From positions 1-58,786 of the forward strand of contig CANRDP010000003.1 of NCBI GenBank assembly GCA_947629415.1: a DNA stretch of 58,786 nt, read 5' to 3'. Below, piece after piece: positions 40,461 through 50,244 of the stretch. The stretch is from an uncultured Bacilli bacterium. Its GTDB lineage: Bacteria; Bacillota_I; Bacilli_A; RFN20; CAG-449. Position 1 is the first letter of the stretch; every line of letters starts with the position of its first letter. Below the pieces are notes generated by a model that was not told where the DNA came from, searched no databases, and saw only the letters and a program-made list of their open reading frames with translations. The position numbers and the translations under genes were made by a program.

Positions 40461-42569
40461 TTAATCAATTAATACGCCAACATCACCTAATTTTTCACGA
40501 ATTTTCCAAATCAATTTGGCCTGTTTAGATGAGGGGAATTTGGGCATTTTTGTATCAAAGGTAGTGGGGATTTGTAATAAACTAATTTCTGTAGGAGATA
40601 ATATTTTTCTTTTTAATCCTTCGTCTAATAAACGTCTCCAATAAGGGGCACCTAAGTTAAATATTTCAGTTTCGATATTTACATCTTTTAAAAGTTTATT
40701 ATCTTTTGTTTCAGAACGGGATTGTTCTTCAATTAGGCTCTTGTTTAATAAGGATTTGCAAAATTCATCAGTAAATTGATATTTTATTTGTTTGTAATTA
40801 ATCCATGTAGCTTCTTTTTTACATTGTTCCATACCATTGCCACCTAGATTTTGAATATATTCGAATGTTATTTGAGCTAACCGTTCGATTTCTGCAACTA
40901 GAGATGGATATAATTTTTGTTTTTTCCAAATTAAGTTATAGTCTAGGCATAATTCATTTGGAATTAAAGAAATTAATTTTGAAATTGTATAAGATACCAC
41001 GCCTGCTTTAACATATGTTTCAGTAATATACCATGAATTTGAAGCATTTTTAACAATTTTATCAGTTTCTTTGAATAAAATGGCATAACATATGCAGTTT
41101 TTAAAGAATTGGTCGTTGATACTTTCTGGTGATTTTTGATATTTTTCATCAATATATTCAGCAAAGAAAGACATACATTTTTCAGAACCTTTACATACTT
41201 GATCAGGTCTTAGTAATTCTGCAGAAACGAAGTATTTAGATAATTCTTCCTTTTTGATTACTTGATTCTTTGGATATTTTTTAGCAAAGTTGTCTTTTTC
41301 GCTCTTTTTTAATAATTTAAATTGTTCTTGTCCATATTGACCTCGTGATCGTTCATAAAACCATAATGTATTATTAATAGAATCTTCTTTCGCAGGTGCT
41401 TGATTCTTTTTTGCTAAAGCTTCAAATGCACGATGGAATGGATGATTAGAGAATAAATCAGAATCTTTTATTTTATTTTGACTATTTGCATATTTTGAAA
41501 TATTTTGAATCATCGTGTCATAATCATCATTTTTAACAACGGTTAATTTCATAGGAACAAAAATGTTATCAAGTGACATTTTATCTTTTAAAGCTGCAGA
41601 AGTTAATGAAGCGGTGGTTTGACCACCATTGATGATTTGTAAATCCGTAATTCTAGTAATTTTATGATTATCGTCGGATAAGGTAATTTCGGATGCGGTA
41701 CAAGCAATCCCATTATTATACGTAAAGAACTTTGTCGGTTCATTTTTAATTGTTAAACGAATTCCTTTATTGATTTTGCCTCGATTGCTTAAAAATGTAC
41801 GAACATTGCCCTCTAATAATCTTGATCCATGTTCAAAATAAATCTTATGAAGCAAATTTCCTGGAACAATTGCTAAATAGGCATCATAATCTAGATTTCC
41901 ACTCATTTCAGCCTTAATACAGGGGATTCCATCAACTCCATATTTATTAGTTTCGATTACAATAGGTTCTCTTTCCCGGCCCGATTGATATAAGTCATAA
42001 AATCTATATAGTGACCAAATATCCATTTCTACTTTTTTATCATGAAAAATTTCAAAAGGAAGAGTTTTAACCCTTTCGCTTAATCTTTTGTTTGTAATTA
42101 TGATGAGTTTTATTCGATCAATTGATTCATTTGATTCTAAATCAACATAATCTATTTTTAATCTTCTTCCAATATCTTTACCTACTAATAAAAGATTATC
42201 AGTTATATCAAAATATTTATCTAATTGGTTATCATAGGCTTCATCCAAAAAATTTATCATTCTTTGCATAATTTGTTTAATTAGAGTCATCGTAATTGTT
42301 TCATTTGTATTGTCTATAAATTCGCTAGAAATTAAAACTAGGGATTTATCGGATTCATCAAAAGCATATGCATCAAAAGACATGATTTTTTGATTTCTAC
42401 ATTTTTTTTGCATTGGAGCAATTTCGGGGTTTACAACTAAACTCATATCAACAAGTCTTTGAATGGTATCGTTTAAAAAATACTCATCAGGAGTGGTTCC
42501 TTCAATTTGAGCATTAATATCAATATCTTCCAAAAATTCTTTTTCAAATTCTTCATATGTTTGATTCAT
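40461..42569 (-). CDS. AIPR family protein (MzaE-like)
   Basis: LLEGNVRTFL, FFTYNNGI, QIINGGQTT, NSQN. Confidence 0.9.
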   Translation of the reverse strand: MNQTYEEFEKEFLEDIDINAQIEGTTPDEYFLNDTIQRLVDMSLVVNPEIAPMQKKCRNQKIMSFDAYAFDESDKSLVLISSEFIDNTNETITMTLIKQIMQRMINFLDEAYDNQLDKYFDITDNLLLVGKDIGRRLKIDYVDLESNESIDRIKLIIITNKRLSERVKTLPFEIFHDKKVEMDIWSLYRFYDLYQSGREREPIVIETNKYGVDGIPCIKAEMSGNLDYDAYLAIVPGNLLHKIYFEHGSRLLEGNVRTFLSNRGKINKGIRLTIKNEPTKFFTYNNGIACTASEITLSDDNHKITRITDLQIINGGQTTASLTSAALKDKMSLDNIFVPMKLTVVKNDDYDTMIQNISKYANSQNKIKDSDLFSNHPFHRAFEALAKKNQAPAKEDSINNTLWFYERSRGQYGQEQFKLLKKSEKDNFAKKYPKNQVIKKEELSKYFVSAELLRPDQVCKGSEKCMSFFAEYIDEKYQKSPESINDQFFKNCICYAILFKETDKIVKNASNSWYITETYVKAGVVSYTISKLISLIPNELCLDYNLIWKKQKLYPSLVAEIERLAQITFEYIQNLGGNGMEQCKKEATWINYKQIKYQFTDEFCKSLLNKSLIEEQSRSETKDNKLLKDVNIETEIFNLGAPYWRRLLDEGLKRKILSPTEISLLQIPTTFDTKMPKFPSSKQAKLIWKIREKLGDVGVLID

Positions 42570-42572
42570 TTG

Positions 42573-43493
42573 CTAATTCTCCTTATTTTTTTCTATCATA
42601 GATAGGGATAATTCATATTGAACTTTGATTATTTCTTTGGGTAGATCTATCATTTTTATACGTGGGAAATTTTTATCTACTAAATATGAATCTCTTTCAA
42701 CAAAATTATAAACGTAATTGTCATAAATTTCATTATACGAATAACCAACTTGTTTAAGTTTTTCAAAGAATATGTCTTTTTCTATTTCATACTGTAACTC
42801 ATTTGTAATTTCTAAAATAAGATTATTTAGAGTAACTCCATTAAAGCTAGAACTCATTTTTTCAAATTGATACACCACAAGGTGACCATCAAGTTCACTA
42901 TCTAGTTGCTCTAAAGAAGAAATGGTAATAGTATTTTTAAATGTGCTAATTGCTTTTATTTCATACCATTCGTTTTTAATTGAAAAATCCTTATGTGTGG
43001 GTTCTGGTCCACTCCAACCATTTAGACCGTCAGTGATATTATAGTTTTTAAAGATAAATTCTTTTAGAAACATCAACTCACCGATTAGACCAATGACTTC
43101 GTTTTCAGATAAAATTTTTTTATTTCCTGTAAACATCTTTTTCCATTGATTATAGCGATTAATAATTTCCATATAACCATTATCGTTTTCTCCAGTAAAT
43201 TTTTCTGTTTCAGTGATAATATCTTCACAAAAATGATAAAACAGGGAATTATTTTCTTCCGAATTAAAGGAAAATAAAATGGAGTTACCTTGACTTGTTT
43301 TAATTTGTTTGATTTCGATAAAATTAGTGCTTAAAACTTTTGTTGGAACAAAATTCCCATTATATCTTAAAGTTAAATATCCTTTTTCATTTTTGCCTAA
43401 ATATAACTCTAATGGATGGCTTTCACTAACTCTAATATAAGTTGAATTTTGGTTAATAGATTCTAATTTAGCTTTAATATTTTCTAATTCCAT
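42573..43493 (-). CDS. PD-(D/E)XK motif protein, DUF4420 (MzaD-like)
   Basis: GLIGEL.FL, WSGP....KDF.....EIK, ISSLEQL, FPRI; likely start 43493. Confidence 0.85.
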   Translation of the reverse strand: MELENIKAKLESINQNSTYIRVSESHPLELYLGKNEKGYLTLRYNGNFVPTKVLSTNFIEIKQIKTSQGNSILFSFNSEENNSLFYHFCEDIITETEKFTGENDNGYMEIINRYNQWKKMFTGNKKILSENEVIGLIGELMFLKEFIFKNYNITDGLNGWSGPEPTHKDFSIKNEWYEIKAISTFKNTITISSLEQLDSELDGHLVVYQFEKMSSSFNGVTLNNLILEITNELQYEIEKDIFFEKLKQVGYSYNEIYDNYVYNFVERDSYLVDKNFPRIKMIDLPKEIIKVQYELSLSMIEKNKEN

Positions 43494-43494
43494 A

Positions 43495-46263
43495 TTATTC
43501 TTCCTCGGACTGATTTTCATGATCTTTATCATAATAATCTACAGTTCTATTCACGGTATATATAATTGATTTTTTTGTTGCATCATTATCTCTTTGTGGA
43601 AATCCAATAGCATATCCAACTAGATATGAATATTTGCGTGTTTTTAATTCATTTAATAAATTAATTATATCTTTTCCTTCATCCAACCAATTTTTATCGG
43701 ACACAAATAATTCTTCATCTATCCCTTTAGGACGTTTAGGATGAATGAAATAAATAATTAATAAGGGATTTCTTCCTTTGATTAAATAGTCTTGTGCTTT
43801 TGTATGAGTTAAAGGAATCTCTTCTTCTTTTATTCCATATTTAGTATCCGACCTACCACCTAGTCTAAGTCTATGTCTACTCATTCTAATGCAGTTTTCA
43901 CGAACATCAAAAATTCTACCAACAAGAGGGATATCGATTTTTAAATTTTCAAATTTAAATTTTTCAGAAGCATCACCTCCGATGACTAAAACATCAAAAA
44001 AAGGTAGGTTTTGCTCCTCTTTTGATAAAAGCCCTTTGATTTGCTCTTGATCAAAATAAGTATTTCCTTCTTTAGGAATGATTACTGAATCGATTAATTC
44101 TTTCACAAATCTAAAAGAGATATTTCTAAAATAGGGATGATTTTTAATGTTATCATCTTTTTGTGAAATATCGATATTATTTAAAAATTCAAACGTTTTT
44201 TCTATATTAAATTCATTTTCATCTAGATTTCTTGTGAGATAGGGCGTTTCAAACAAACTTCCATAAAATGATTTAATGACTGATTTTACTTTTGTGCTTC
44301 TCATTTTATTAGCTGCAGTGATGCCTAAATCAACAGATTCATTTAATACACGAATACCAAATTCTATAGGTTTTTTCTTTTCCTCACTCATAGTTTTAAT
44401 GTCTTGTTTTAATGCCTCGATAGATTCATTAATATATTGATAATAATTATAGGAATCTTCACTAACCCAAATTCTACATAAATCCCCATATCCATCTCGA
44501 TAACCAAACCATCGACCCATTTGCATTAGCACGTCAAAAGTAGAGGTGTTTCGATAAAAATAACTTGTCATTAACCCTTCTAAAGTTAAGCCTCTAGAAA
44601 GTGCTAATCCTCCAACTGCAATTACTCTTAGTCCTTTTTTTGCTTCATTATAATTTAATTTAGATGAATTTCTAGATGAATTTACAACAATGACTTCGAT
44701 TTTAGCTATAGATTCATATAATTGTCCAAAAACTTTCTCCCAAGTAATATCAATATTATCTATATCTAATTGTTTTAAGAAATGCACATTAAAAGTATCT
44801 TGTAAATCCTTAATATTTTGATTAGTTAAAGCTATTTTCATTGGAAGTTTATATGTTTGTTTAACTGATCGTTTGATTTGAACATAATAATCTTTAGCTA
44901 TATCACAAATAACTTCTTGTACTTTAATAAATCTTGACATATTGATTAACATAGAACGATGTGTGTTTTTATTGATATCTCTTAAATCTCTTATAGCATT
45001 AGCAATAAGAAATGTTCGAATTGATTCATAAAAAGAATCAAATAGTTTAGCACCATCCCATTCTTTTCTATGCTTTAAGGGAAAAATTTCATCGTTATAA
45101 TCTTTTATAAAGCGAATGTTATTATTGGATTCAACAAAATATTTTCTAGGTCCACAATAATTGCTTGGTGCATTTAGTGCGAAAATAAAGTCTTTTGGAA
45201 ATAAATCATCCTTTTTCATTTCATCTTCTTCACTATAACTAATGAACACATTAGCAAATGGGGTAGCGGTGAATCCTACATAGCTGCTTTTTGTGAATAA
45301 AGATAATATTTTTCTAATATGTTTATTGATTTTTGTAGGATCCTCATCCTCTTTGTTTGTATTAATCGATGCGTTATCTGCTTCATCATCAATGATTAAT
45401 GCAGGGTAATTAATTGTTTCTTGACCTGGATAAGTGTTAATTCTTTTCAATGATGAATATATTTTTCTTAAAACACTGACATTTTTCTTAAGAATAAAAA
45501 TTAATGGTTCAGAAGAGTAATTACTTAATTTATATGTAGTATTTTGATCATCAGTACTCACAAAATCTTTTCCTCTGCTAGTAAAGGCTTTTGGTGTTTT
45601 TTCACCTCTTCCAACACCAACTTCAACTCCATTTAAACTATCCCAACCAATAAATCCTTCTTCAACTCTTTGTTGAGTCTGTCTTCTTAGGCTTTCAATT
45701 GTTCCAGTTAAAATAAAAATCACTCGATATCCAGCATCTGCGGCTTTTGTTATTAATCCGATGTAGTTGGATGTTTTTCCTGATTGAACATCACCGACAA
45801 CTAAACCTCTTACTGAAAATGTAGCATCTTCATTGGGATTACCTAAATGTGACATCAAAGTGAATAATGTTTTATCTAAAGTGTTAATGACATTATCTGT
45901 AAAATTTGGTTTATTCGTTAAATAATTCTTATATCTCTCCCAATAATAAGGATTAAAATCTTTAGAATTTTTTAAATTTTCATACCATTTGTCATCATGC
46001 TCATAGTCACCTAGAATAATACTTCCTTCTTCTTGATAAACAGAATATAGGGATTTGATTTTATTTAAAAGATAATTCTTTTCCTTTTCATTTAAGACAA
46101 AATTTGGAAGCTCTTGAAAAAATCGATTATGCGATTGCTCTATACAATTTTTAATAAAATCTTCCGTAATTCTAAAATTCGGATTACACATTTGTTGTAC
46201 ATCACATTGTGTTTTAAAATCTTTTATATAAATATCAAAAATTTCATCTTTAGTTTGATTCAT
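43495..46263 (-). CDS. SF2 helicase-like Z1 domain protein (MzaC-like)
   Basis: GDVQSGKT, IIDDEAD, GFTATP, HRSMLIN, LSRGLTLEGL, QMGRWFGYR. Confidence 0.92.
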   Translation of the reverse strand: MNQTKDEIFDIYIKDFKTQCDVQQMCNPNFRITEDFIKNCIEQSHNRFFQELPNFVLNEKEKNYLLNKIKSLYSVYQEEGSIILGDYEHDDKWYENLKNSKDFNPYYWERYKNYLTNKPNFTDNVINTLDKTLFTLMSHLGNPNEDATFSVRGLVVGDVQSGKTSNYIGLITKAADAGYRVIFILTGTIESLRRQTQQRVEEGFIGWDSLNGVEVGVGRGEKTPKAFTSRGKDFVSTDDQNTTYKLSNYSSEPLIFILKKNVSVLRKIYSSLKRINTYPGQETINYPALIIDDEADNASINTNKEDEDPTKINKHIRKILSLFTKSSYVGFTATPFANVFISYSEEDEMKKDDLFPKDFIFALNAPSNYCGPRKYFVESNNNIRFIKDYNDEIFPLKHRKEWDGAKLFDSFYESIRTFLIANAIRDLRDINKNTHRSMLINMSRFIKVQEVICDIAKDYYVQIKRSVKQTYKLPMKIALTNQNIKDLQDTFNVHFLKQLDIDNIDITWEKVFGQLYESIAKIEVIVVNSSRNSSKLNYNEAKKGLRVIAVGGLALSRGLTLEGLMTSYFYRNTSTFDVLMQMGRWFGYRDGYGDLCRIWVSEDSYNYYQYINESIEALKQDIKTMSEEKKKPIEFGIRVLNESVDLGITAANKMRSTKVKSVIKSFYGSLFETPYLTRNLDENEFNIEKTFEFLNNIDISQKDDNIKNHPYFRNISFRFVKELIDSVIIPKEGNTYFDQEQIKGLLSKEEQNLPFFDVLVIGGDASEKFKFENLKIDIPLVGRIFDVRENCIRMSRHRLRLGGRSDTKYGIKEEEIPLTHTKAQDYLIKGRNPLLIIYFIHPKRPKGIDEELFVSDKNWLDEGKDIINLLNELKTRKYSYLVGYAIGFPQRDNDATKKSIIYTVNRTVDYYDKDHENQSEEE

Positions 46264-47728
46264 AGAGTTTCTCCTTAATTAACGCTAGAATGTTTTCGTT
46301 ATTAAATGGCTCATAAGTTTTTAATAATTCGAATATTTTTTCATCATCAAATTGAAATTTGCGTCTAAAATAGTTAATTTGATTTATTCCTACTATGATG
46401 ATAGAGTCTAAAGCATTTTGTGATTGCTCTAAGTCTATTTTTCTATTACACATTGAATTATAAATATCATTATAGGGAATAGAAGATGAAATAATATCCA
46501 ATAAACGAATTATTTTTGCTTTATCTTTATCTTCAAAATCATTGATAAAATTCTTTACAAAATTAGAATCTGTATTAATAAAAAACATTTCTTTTTGCTC
46601 CCTATTTAGTCTTTTATTCCAAATTTTATTGTCATCCTTTTCTAAATTTAGGCGAGCTCTTTTAGAATTTTTGCTTTCAGATTTAGTTCGTACATCACTT
46701 ACAGCCTTTTTTAAATGTTGTAAAAATGATATTGGAATATTAGCATTTTGTTTTTTAATATCGATACCCCATTCTTCATCTAAGGAATTTGGGATATCTA
46801 CCATTATTCTTCCATATTTATATAGTTCAGAATTTAAGTTTGTAGATGCTAATTTAAACCATGTTCCATAGGTAATTAATCGATTATTTCGGTAGATATA
46901 AAATCCTTGTCCTTTTCTAAAAGAATCTATTCCTCCTAATTTTTCAATGTCTTCGTCGGATAAATCCGTAGTATGGGGAAGAATAACTTGTTGAACTCTA
47001 ATATTTTTACCATTATACTTTATATATTTTTCTTTGAATATATCGCTTTTTGGGTGATTTTCTAAAAAAGGATCCAATCCTTTAACTTTATCTTCATTAA
47101 TATAAATTTTTAGCGGAGAAAAGGGCTTGTTTAAGAATCTATGGAAGACTAATGCGATATGATGTTCCATATTTTCTACTTCTTCTTGAAGTGCTGGAAT
47201 AATAAGTCCGTCCTTCTTTTTGCTGATAATATCAAATTCTTGCCAAATAACTAAAGTTCCACTTTTTAAATCATTTAGCATATCAATTTTAGGTAATTTT
47301 TTGATTTCATCTTCGTCTAATTCTAGACAACACCAACTTTTTTCTTTTGTAGCGTAATCTAAGTCCCACATTAAAACAGAAATTATTTCATTCTTTTTTG
47401 ATGCTACAATTAATTTTCTGCATTGAGATAGGGAAGCGGATTTTAAACCAAGTCCAAATCTTCCTAAATCTTCGCTATTATATTCTTTTTTTGATCCATA
47501 TTTCATTGCATTTATTAATTCATCACGATTCATACCATCCCCATTATCAAAAAAAACAACGCTTATATCGTTAGGATTAATGGGTGTAAATATTTTTATT
47601 TCTGTTGCATGCGCAGAAATGGAATTATCAATAATATCTGCGGCCGCGGTTTCAAAACTATACCCAATAGAACGCATTGAATTCATCAAAATGCTAGGTT
47701 CTGGATTGTTTAAAATTCTTCTTACCAT
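46250..47728 (-). CDS. GHKL (MORC/MutL-like, HATPase_c_3) ATPase (MzaB-like)
   Basis: DIIDNSI, DNGDGM, GRFGLGLKSAS, GT, GFYIYRNNRLI; likely start 47728 behind GGAG. Confidence 0.9.
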   Translation of the reverse strand: MVRRILNNPEPSILMNSMRSIGYSFETAAADIIDNSISAHATEIKIFTPINPNDISVVFFDNGDGMNRDELINAMKYGSKKEYNSEDLGRFGLGLKSASLSQCRKLIVASKKNEIISVLMWDLDYATKEKSWCCLELDEDEIKKLPKIDMLNDLKSGTLVIWQEFDIISKKKDGLIIPALQEEVENMEHHIALVFHRFLNKPFSPLKIYINEDKVKGLDPFLENHPKSDIFKEKYIKYNGKNIRVQQVILPHTTDLSDEDIEKLGGIDSFRKGQGFYIYRNNRLITYGTWFKLASTNLNSELYKYGRIMVDIPNSLDEEWGIDIKKQNANIPISFLQHLKKAVSDVRTKSESKNSKRARLNLEKDDNKIWNKRLNREQKEMFFINTDSNFVKNFINDFEDKDKAKIIRLLDIISSSIPYNDIYNSMCNRKIDLEQSQNALDSIIIVGINQINYFRRKFQFDDEKIFELLKTYEPFNNENILALIKEKLYESN

Positions 47729-48035
47729 ATCCTTCTCCATATGAGTACCTTGCATATTTTCAAAAGAAAAACTTGTACTTCACTAATAGAAATGTAACAC
47801 ACTTTTGATACAAAAGCGAGAAAATTATATTGAGGTGTGGAATTAAACAATATTCTTGAATTCTATTGTTTTTGCAAGCTTTTTTAAGAAAATTAAGATA
47901 GATTTGAACAATTGTTTATATTTTTATTTCTTCATATAACCACTTTATTTGTGCTTTATCAAACTTACATTGAAAGACTTTTGGATTTTGTTGCTTAGCA
48001 ATTTTAATATTTTGTCTTTATTTTTGTTATCTATT

Positions 48036-48280
48036 AAACCACGCGGAAATATTGCTACACTAAACATCTACGATGTCTTTAGCTCCATTTGCTTATATTC
48101 TAATCCTATTTCTTTAAAAGAAAGCAAAATTCCCGCGGCTACTCATATTCTTACTTATCTTGATTTGAATAATAAAATTATTCCCGCGGATGATGATTTA
48201 CATACTCAAGTCAAAACCTCGGAACTGATTATTAGAAGAAAGGAAATTATGTATTTCATGTTGAAGATAAAATCCCCTAA
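48036..48280 (+). pseudogene. ISAs1-family transposase fragment
   Basis: NIATLNIYD...CLYS..I..K..KIPAA..IL..LDL....I.AD..LHTQ..T...I, then frameshift to KGNYVF; matches the ISAs1 EIP...DALH.Q...GDYV core as recalled. Confidence 0.7.
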
Positions 48281-48558
48281 AATTCTACTATTATTAATAA
48301 TATTCTTGTAACTTTTTATAAATTTACTAATGTAATCTTTCAAGATACGAAATAGATATTGATTCAAAAAAGATTCAAACAAAAACCAGTTGAAAGTTTC
48401 TCATTACTGTTATCAGCGATGTCATCAAAAGAATTGATGAACGATTTACAAGAACCTAAAGTTTAATAATTACTTCAAAGTGTTGATGTTTTTTTAAATG
48501 CCTTTGATTTTCAAAACCAAAAATATAGTGCCCTAATCCTTGGTTTAGTTTAAAAAAA

Positions 48559-48630
48559 GTTTGTTTTTGATGATTTTTGCATGAAAAACATATTTTTGTA
48601 TATTCTTTTAATTTTCATGAGTAATTACTA
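48559..48630 (-). repeat. right 72-bp inverted repeat
   Basis: GTTTGTTTTTGATG...TTTTCATGAGTAATTACTA; partner of 38312-38383. Confidence 0.95.
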
Positions 48631-48697
48631 AAAAAACACCTTTATTTTTTTGCAAAACATGGTAAAATAAATATTAGATAAAAAGGAGATATTTTTT

Positions 48698-49498
48698 ATG
48701 AAAATGGATGATTTCCGATTGGATGGGCGAGTGGCCCTTGTGACAGGTGGTTCCTATGGTATTGGATTTGCCATTGCAACTGCTCTTGCCGAAGCGGGTG
48801 CGAAAATTGTTTTTAATGATCGCAAACCGGAATTAATCGAAAAAAGTGTTGCCGAATATAAAAAATTAGGCATTGAAGCACACGGATACATTTGTGATGT
48901 AACCGATGAAGATGCAGTAAAAGAATTTATTGCCAAAGTAGAAAAAGAAGTTGGAACAGTTGATATTTTGGTCAATAATGCCGGAATTATCAAAAGAATT
49001 CCTATGATTGAAATGTCTGCGGCGGATTTCCGTCAAGTTGTCGATATCGATTTGAATGGACCATTTATTATGGCCAAGGCAGTAATTCCCGGAATGATCA
49101 AGAAAGGTCATGGTAAAATTATCAATATTTGTTCCATGATGTCGGAATTAGGCCGTGAAACCGTTTCCGCTTATGCCGCGGCAAAAGGCGGATTGAAAAT
49201 GCTGACGAAAAATATTGCTTCGGAATACGGACAATATAATATTCAATGCAATGGTATCGGTCCCGGTTATATTGCAACACCTCAGACGGCACCATTAAGA
49301 GAACGTCAGGCGGATGGTTCTCGTCATCCGTTTGATTCCTTTATCGTTGCGAAGACTCCGGCAGAACGTTGGGGTACACCGGAAGATTTGCAAGGACCTG
49401 CGGTTTTTCTTGCTTCCGATGCTTCAAATTTCGTGAATGGTCACATTCTTTATGTGGATGGTGGAATTCTCGCATATATAGGTAAACAACCACAATAA
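48698..49498 (+). CDS. gluconate 5-dehydrogenase (SDR)
   Basis: TGGSYGIG, NNAG, YAAAK, C-terminal DGGILAYIGKQP. Confidence 0.9.
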   Translation: MKMDDFRLDGRVALVTGGSYGIGFAIATALAEAGAKIVFNDRKPELIEKSVAEYKKLGIEAHGYICDVTDEDAVKEFIAKVEKEVGTVDILVNNAGIIKRIPMIEMSAADFRQVVDIDLNGPFIMAKAVIPGMIKKGHGKIINICSMMSELGRETVSAYAAAKGGLKMLTKNIASEYGQYNIQCNGIGPGYIATPQTAPLRERQADGSRHPFDSFIVAKTPAERWGTPEDLQGPAVFLASDASNFVNGHILYVDGGILAYIGKQPQ

Positions 49499-49509
49499 AA
49501 AAAGAAAAT

Positions 49510-49540
49510 AAGGCCGTCGGAAGAAGACGGTCTTTTCCTT
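49510..49540 (+). terminator. rho-independent terminator
   Basis: AAGGCCGTC-loop-GACGGTCTT followed by T-rich sequence. Confidence 0.7.
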
Positions 49541-49618
49541 AAAAGTTTTCTTTTTTATTTGCATTAAAATGAAAAATCGTATATAGTACTCTATTATTAG
49601 GATGATTAGGAGAAAAAT

Positions 49619-50137
49619 ATGATCAACATAACATTAATCGGCCAAGACATTTATTTAGCTTCCCGAATTGAAAAAGGGATGCTTTCTTCATTGGCGAAAC
49701 TTTATGAAGTTCATGAAGACGAAATTATTGTTAGTGCTCAAGAATCTTTCCTATATCATGACGGAGTAGAACAGACATCTTACCAAATTCTTGTTCGCGT
49801 GGAAGCAGAAAAAAAATATGAACCATTAGAAAAAAATGTGGCGAAATATCTTTTGAAATACATGCAAGAATATGCCATTCATACTCGGTTATATTTTCTT
49901 TATTTTGAATCTTCGCATTATTACGAAAGAATTCATCCGGATTATCCTCTTTATCTTTCGGAAACAAATTTGGTGAATCTTGAAGATGACGAAGATTATG
50001 AGGATAATGAAGAAATTTATGAAGGAGATATTTTCAAAGATTTTGCGAATCGTGAAAAAGAACCGGAAAATGAATTTGACGAAGAAGAAGAGCATGATTG
50101 CAGTTGTGAACATTGTAATCATTCTAAACATTCTTAA
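49619..50137 (+). CDS. hypothetical protein, DUF1904-like N-domain with acidic and Cys/His tail
   Basis: AGGAG RBS, host-like codon use; tail EEEEHDCSCEHCNHSKHS; the DUF1904 resemblance is weak. Confidence 0.55.
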   Translation: MINITLIGQDIYLASRIEKGMLSSLAKLYEVHEDEIIVSAQESFLYHDGVEQTSYQILVRVEAEKKYEPLEKNVAKYLLKYMQEYAIHTRLYFLYFESSHYYERIHPDYPLYLSETNLVNLEDDEDYEDNEEIYEGDIFKDFANREKEPENEFDEEEEHDCSCEHCNHSKHS

Positions 50138-50244
50138 ACTTACTTACTTCCATTCTTCCAATTTAAAGCCATTTGGAAAGGGAAATCATTCTATGATACG
50201 ACAATGAACGTGTATTATTATGGAAACTGCGAGGTGATGCGATT

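Larger units (their letters stand above)
38312..48630. mobile_element. inverted-repeat-bounded defence island (ISAs1-derived composite or non-autonomous element)
   Basis: 72-bp terminal inverted repeats, ISAs1 relic, pseudogene, defence operon, visibly different composition; no target-site duplication found. Confidence 0.7.

Noticed and set aside
47949-48311. 120-aa ORF as a functional gene
   Set aside because: TTG start without an RBS; better explained as a frameshifted ISAs1 fragment.
38300-48642. Target-site duplication flanking the inverted repeats
   Set aside because: Left flank CGAACAAATA and right flank AAAAAACACC do not match; no direct repeat found by eye.
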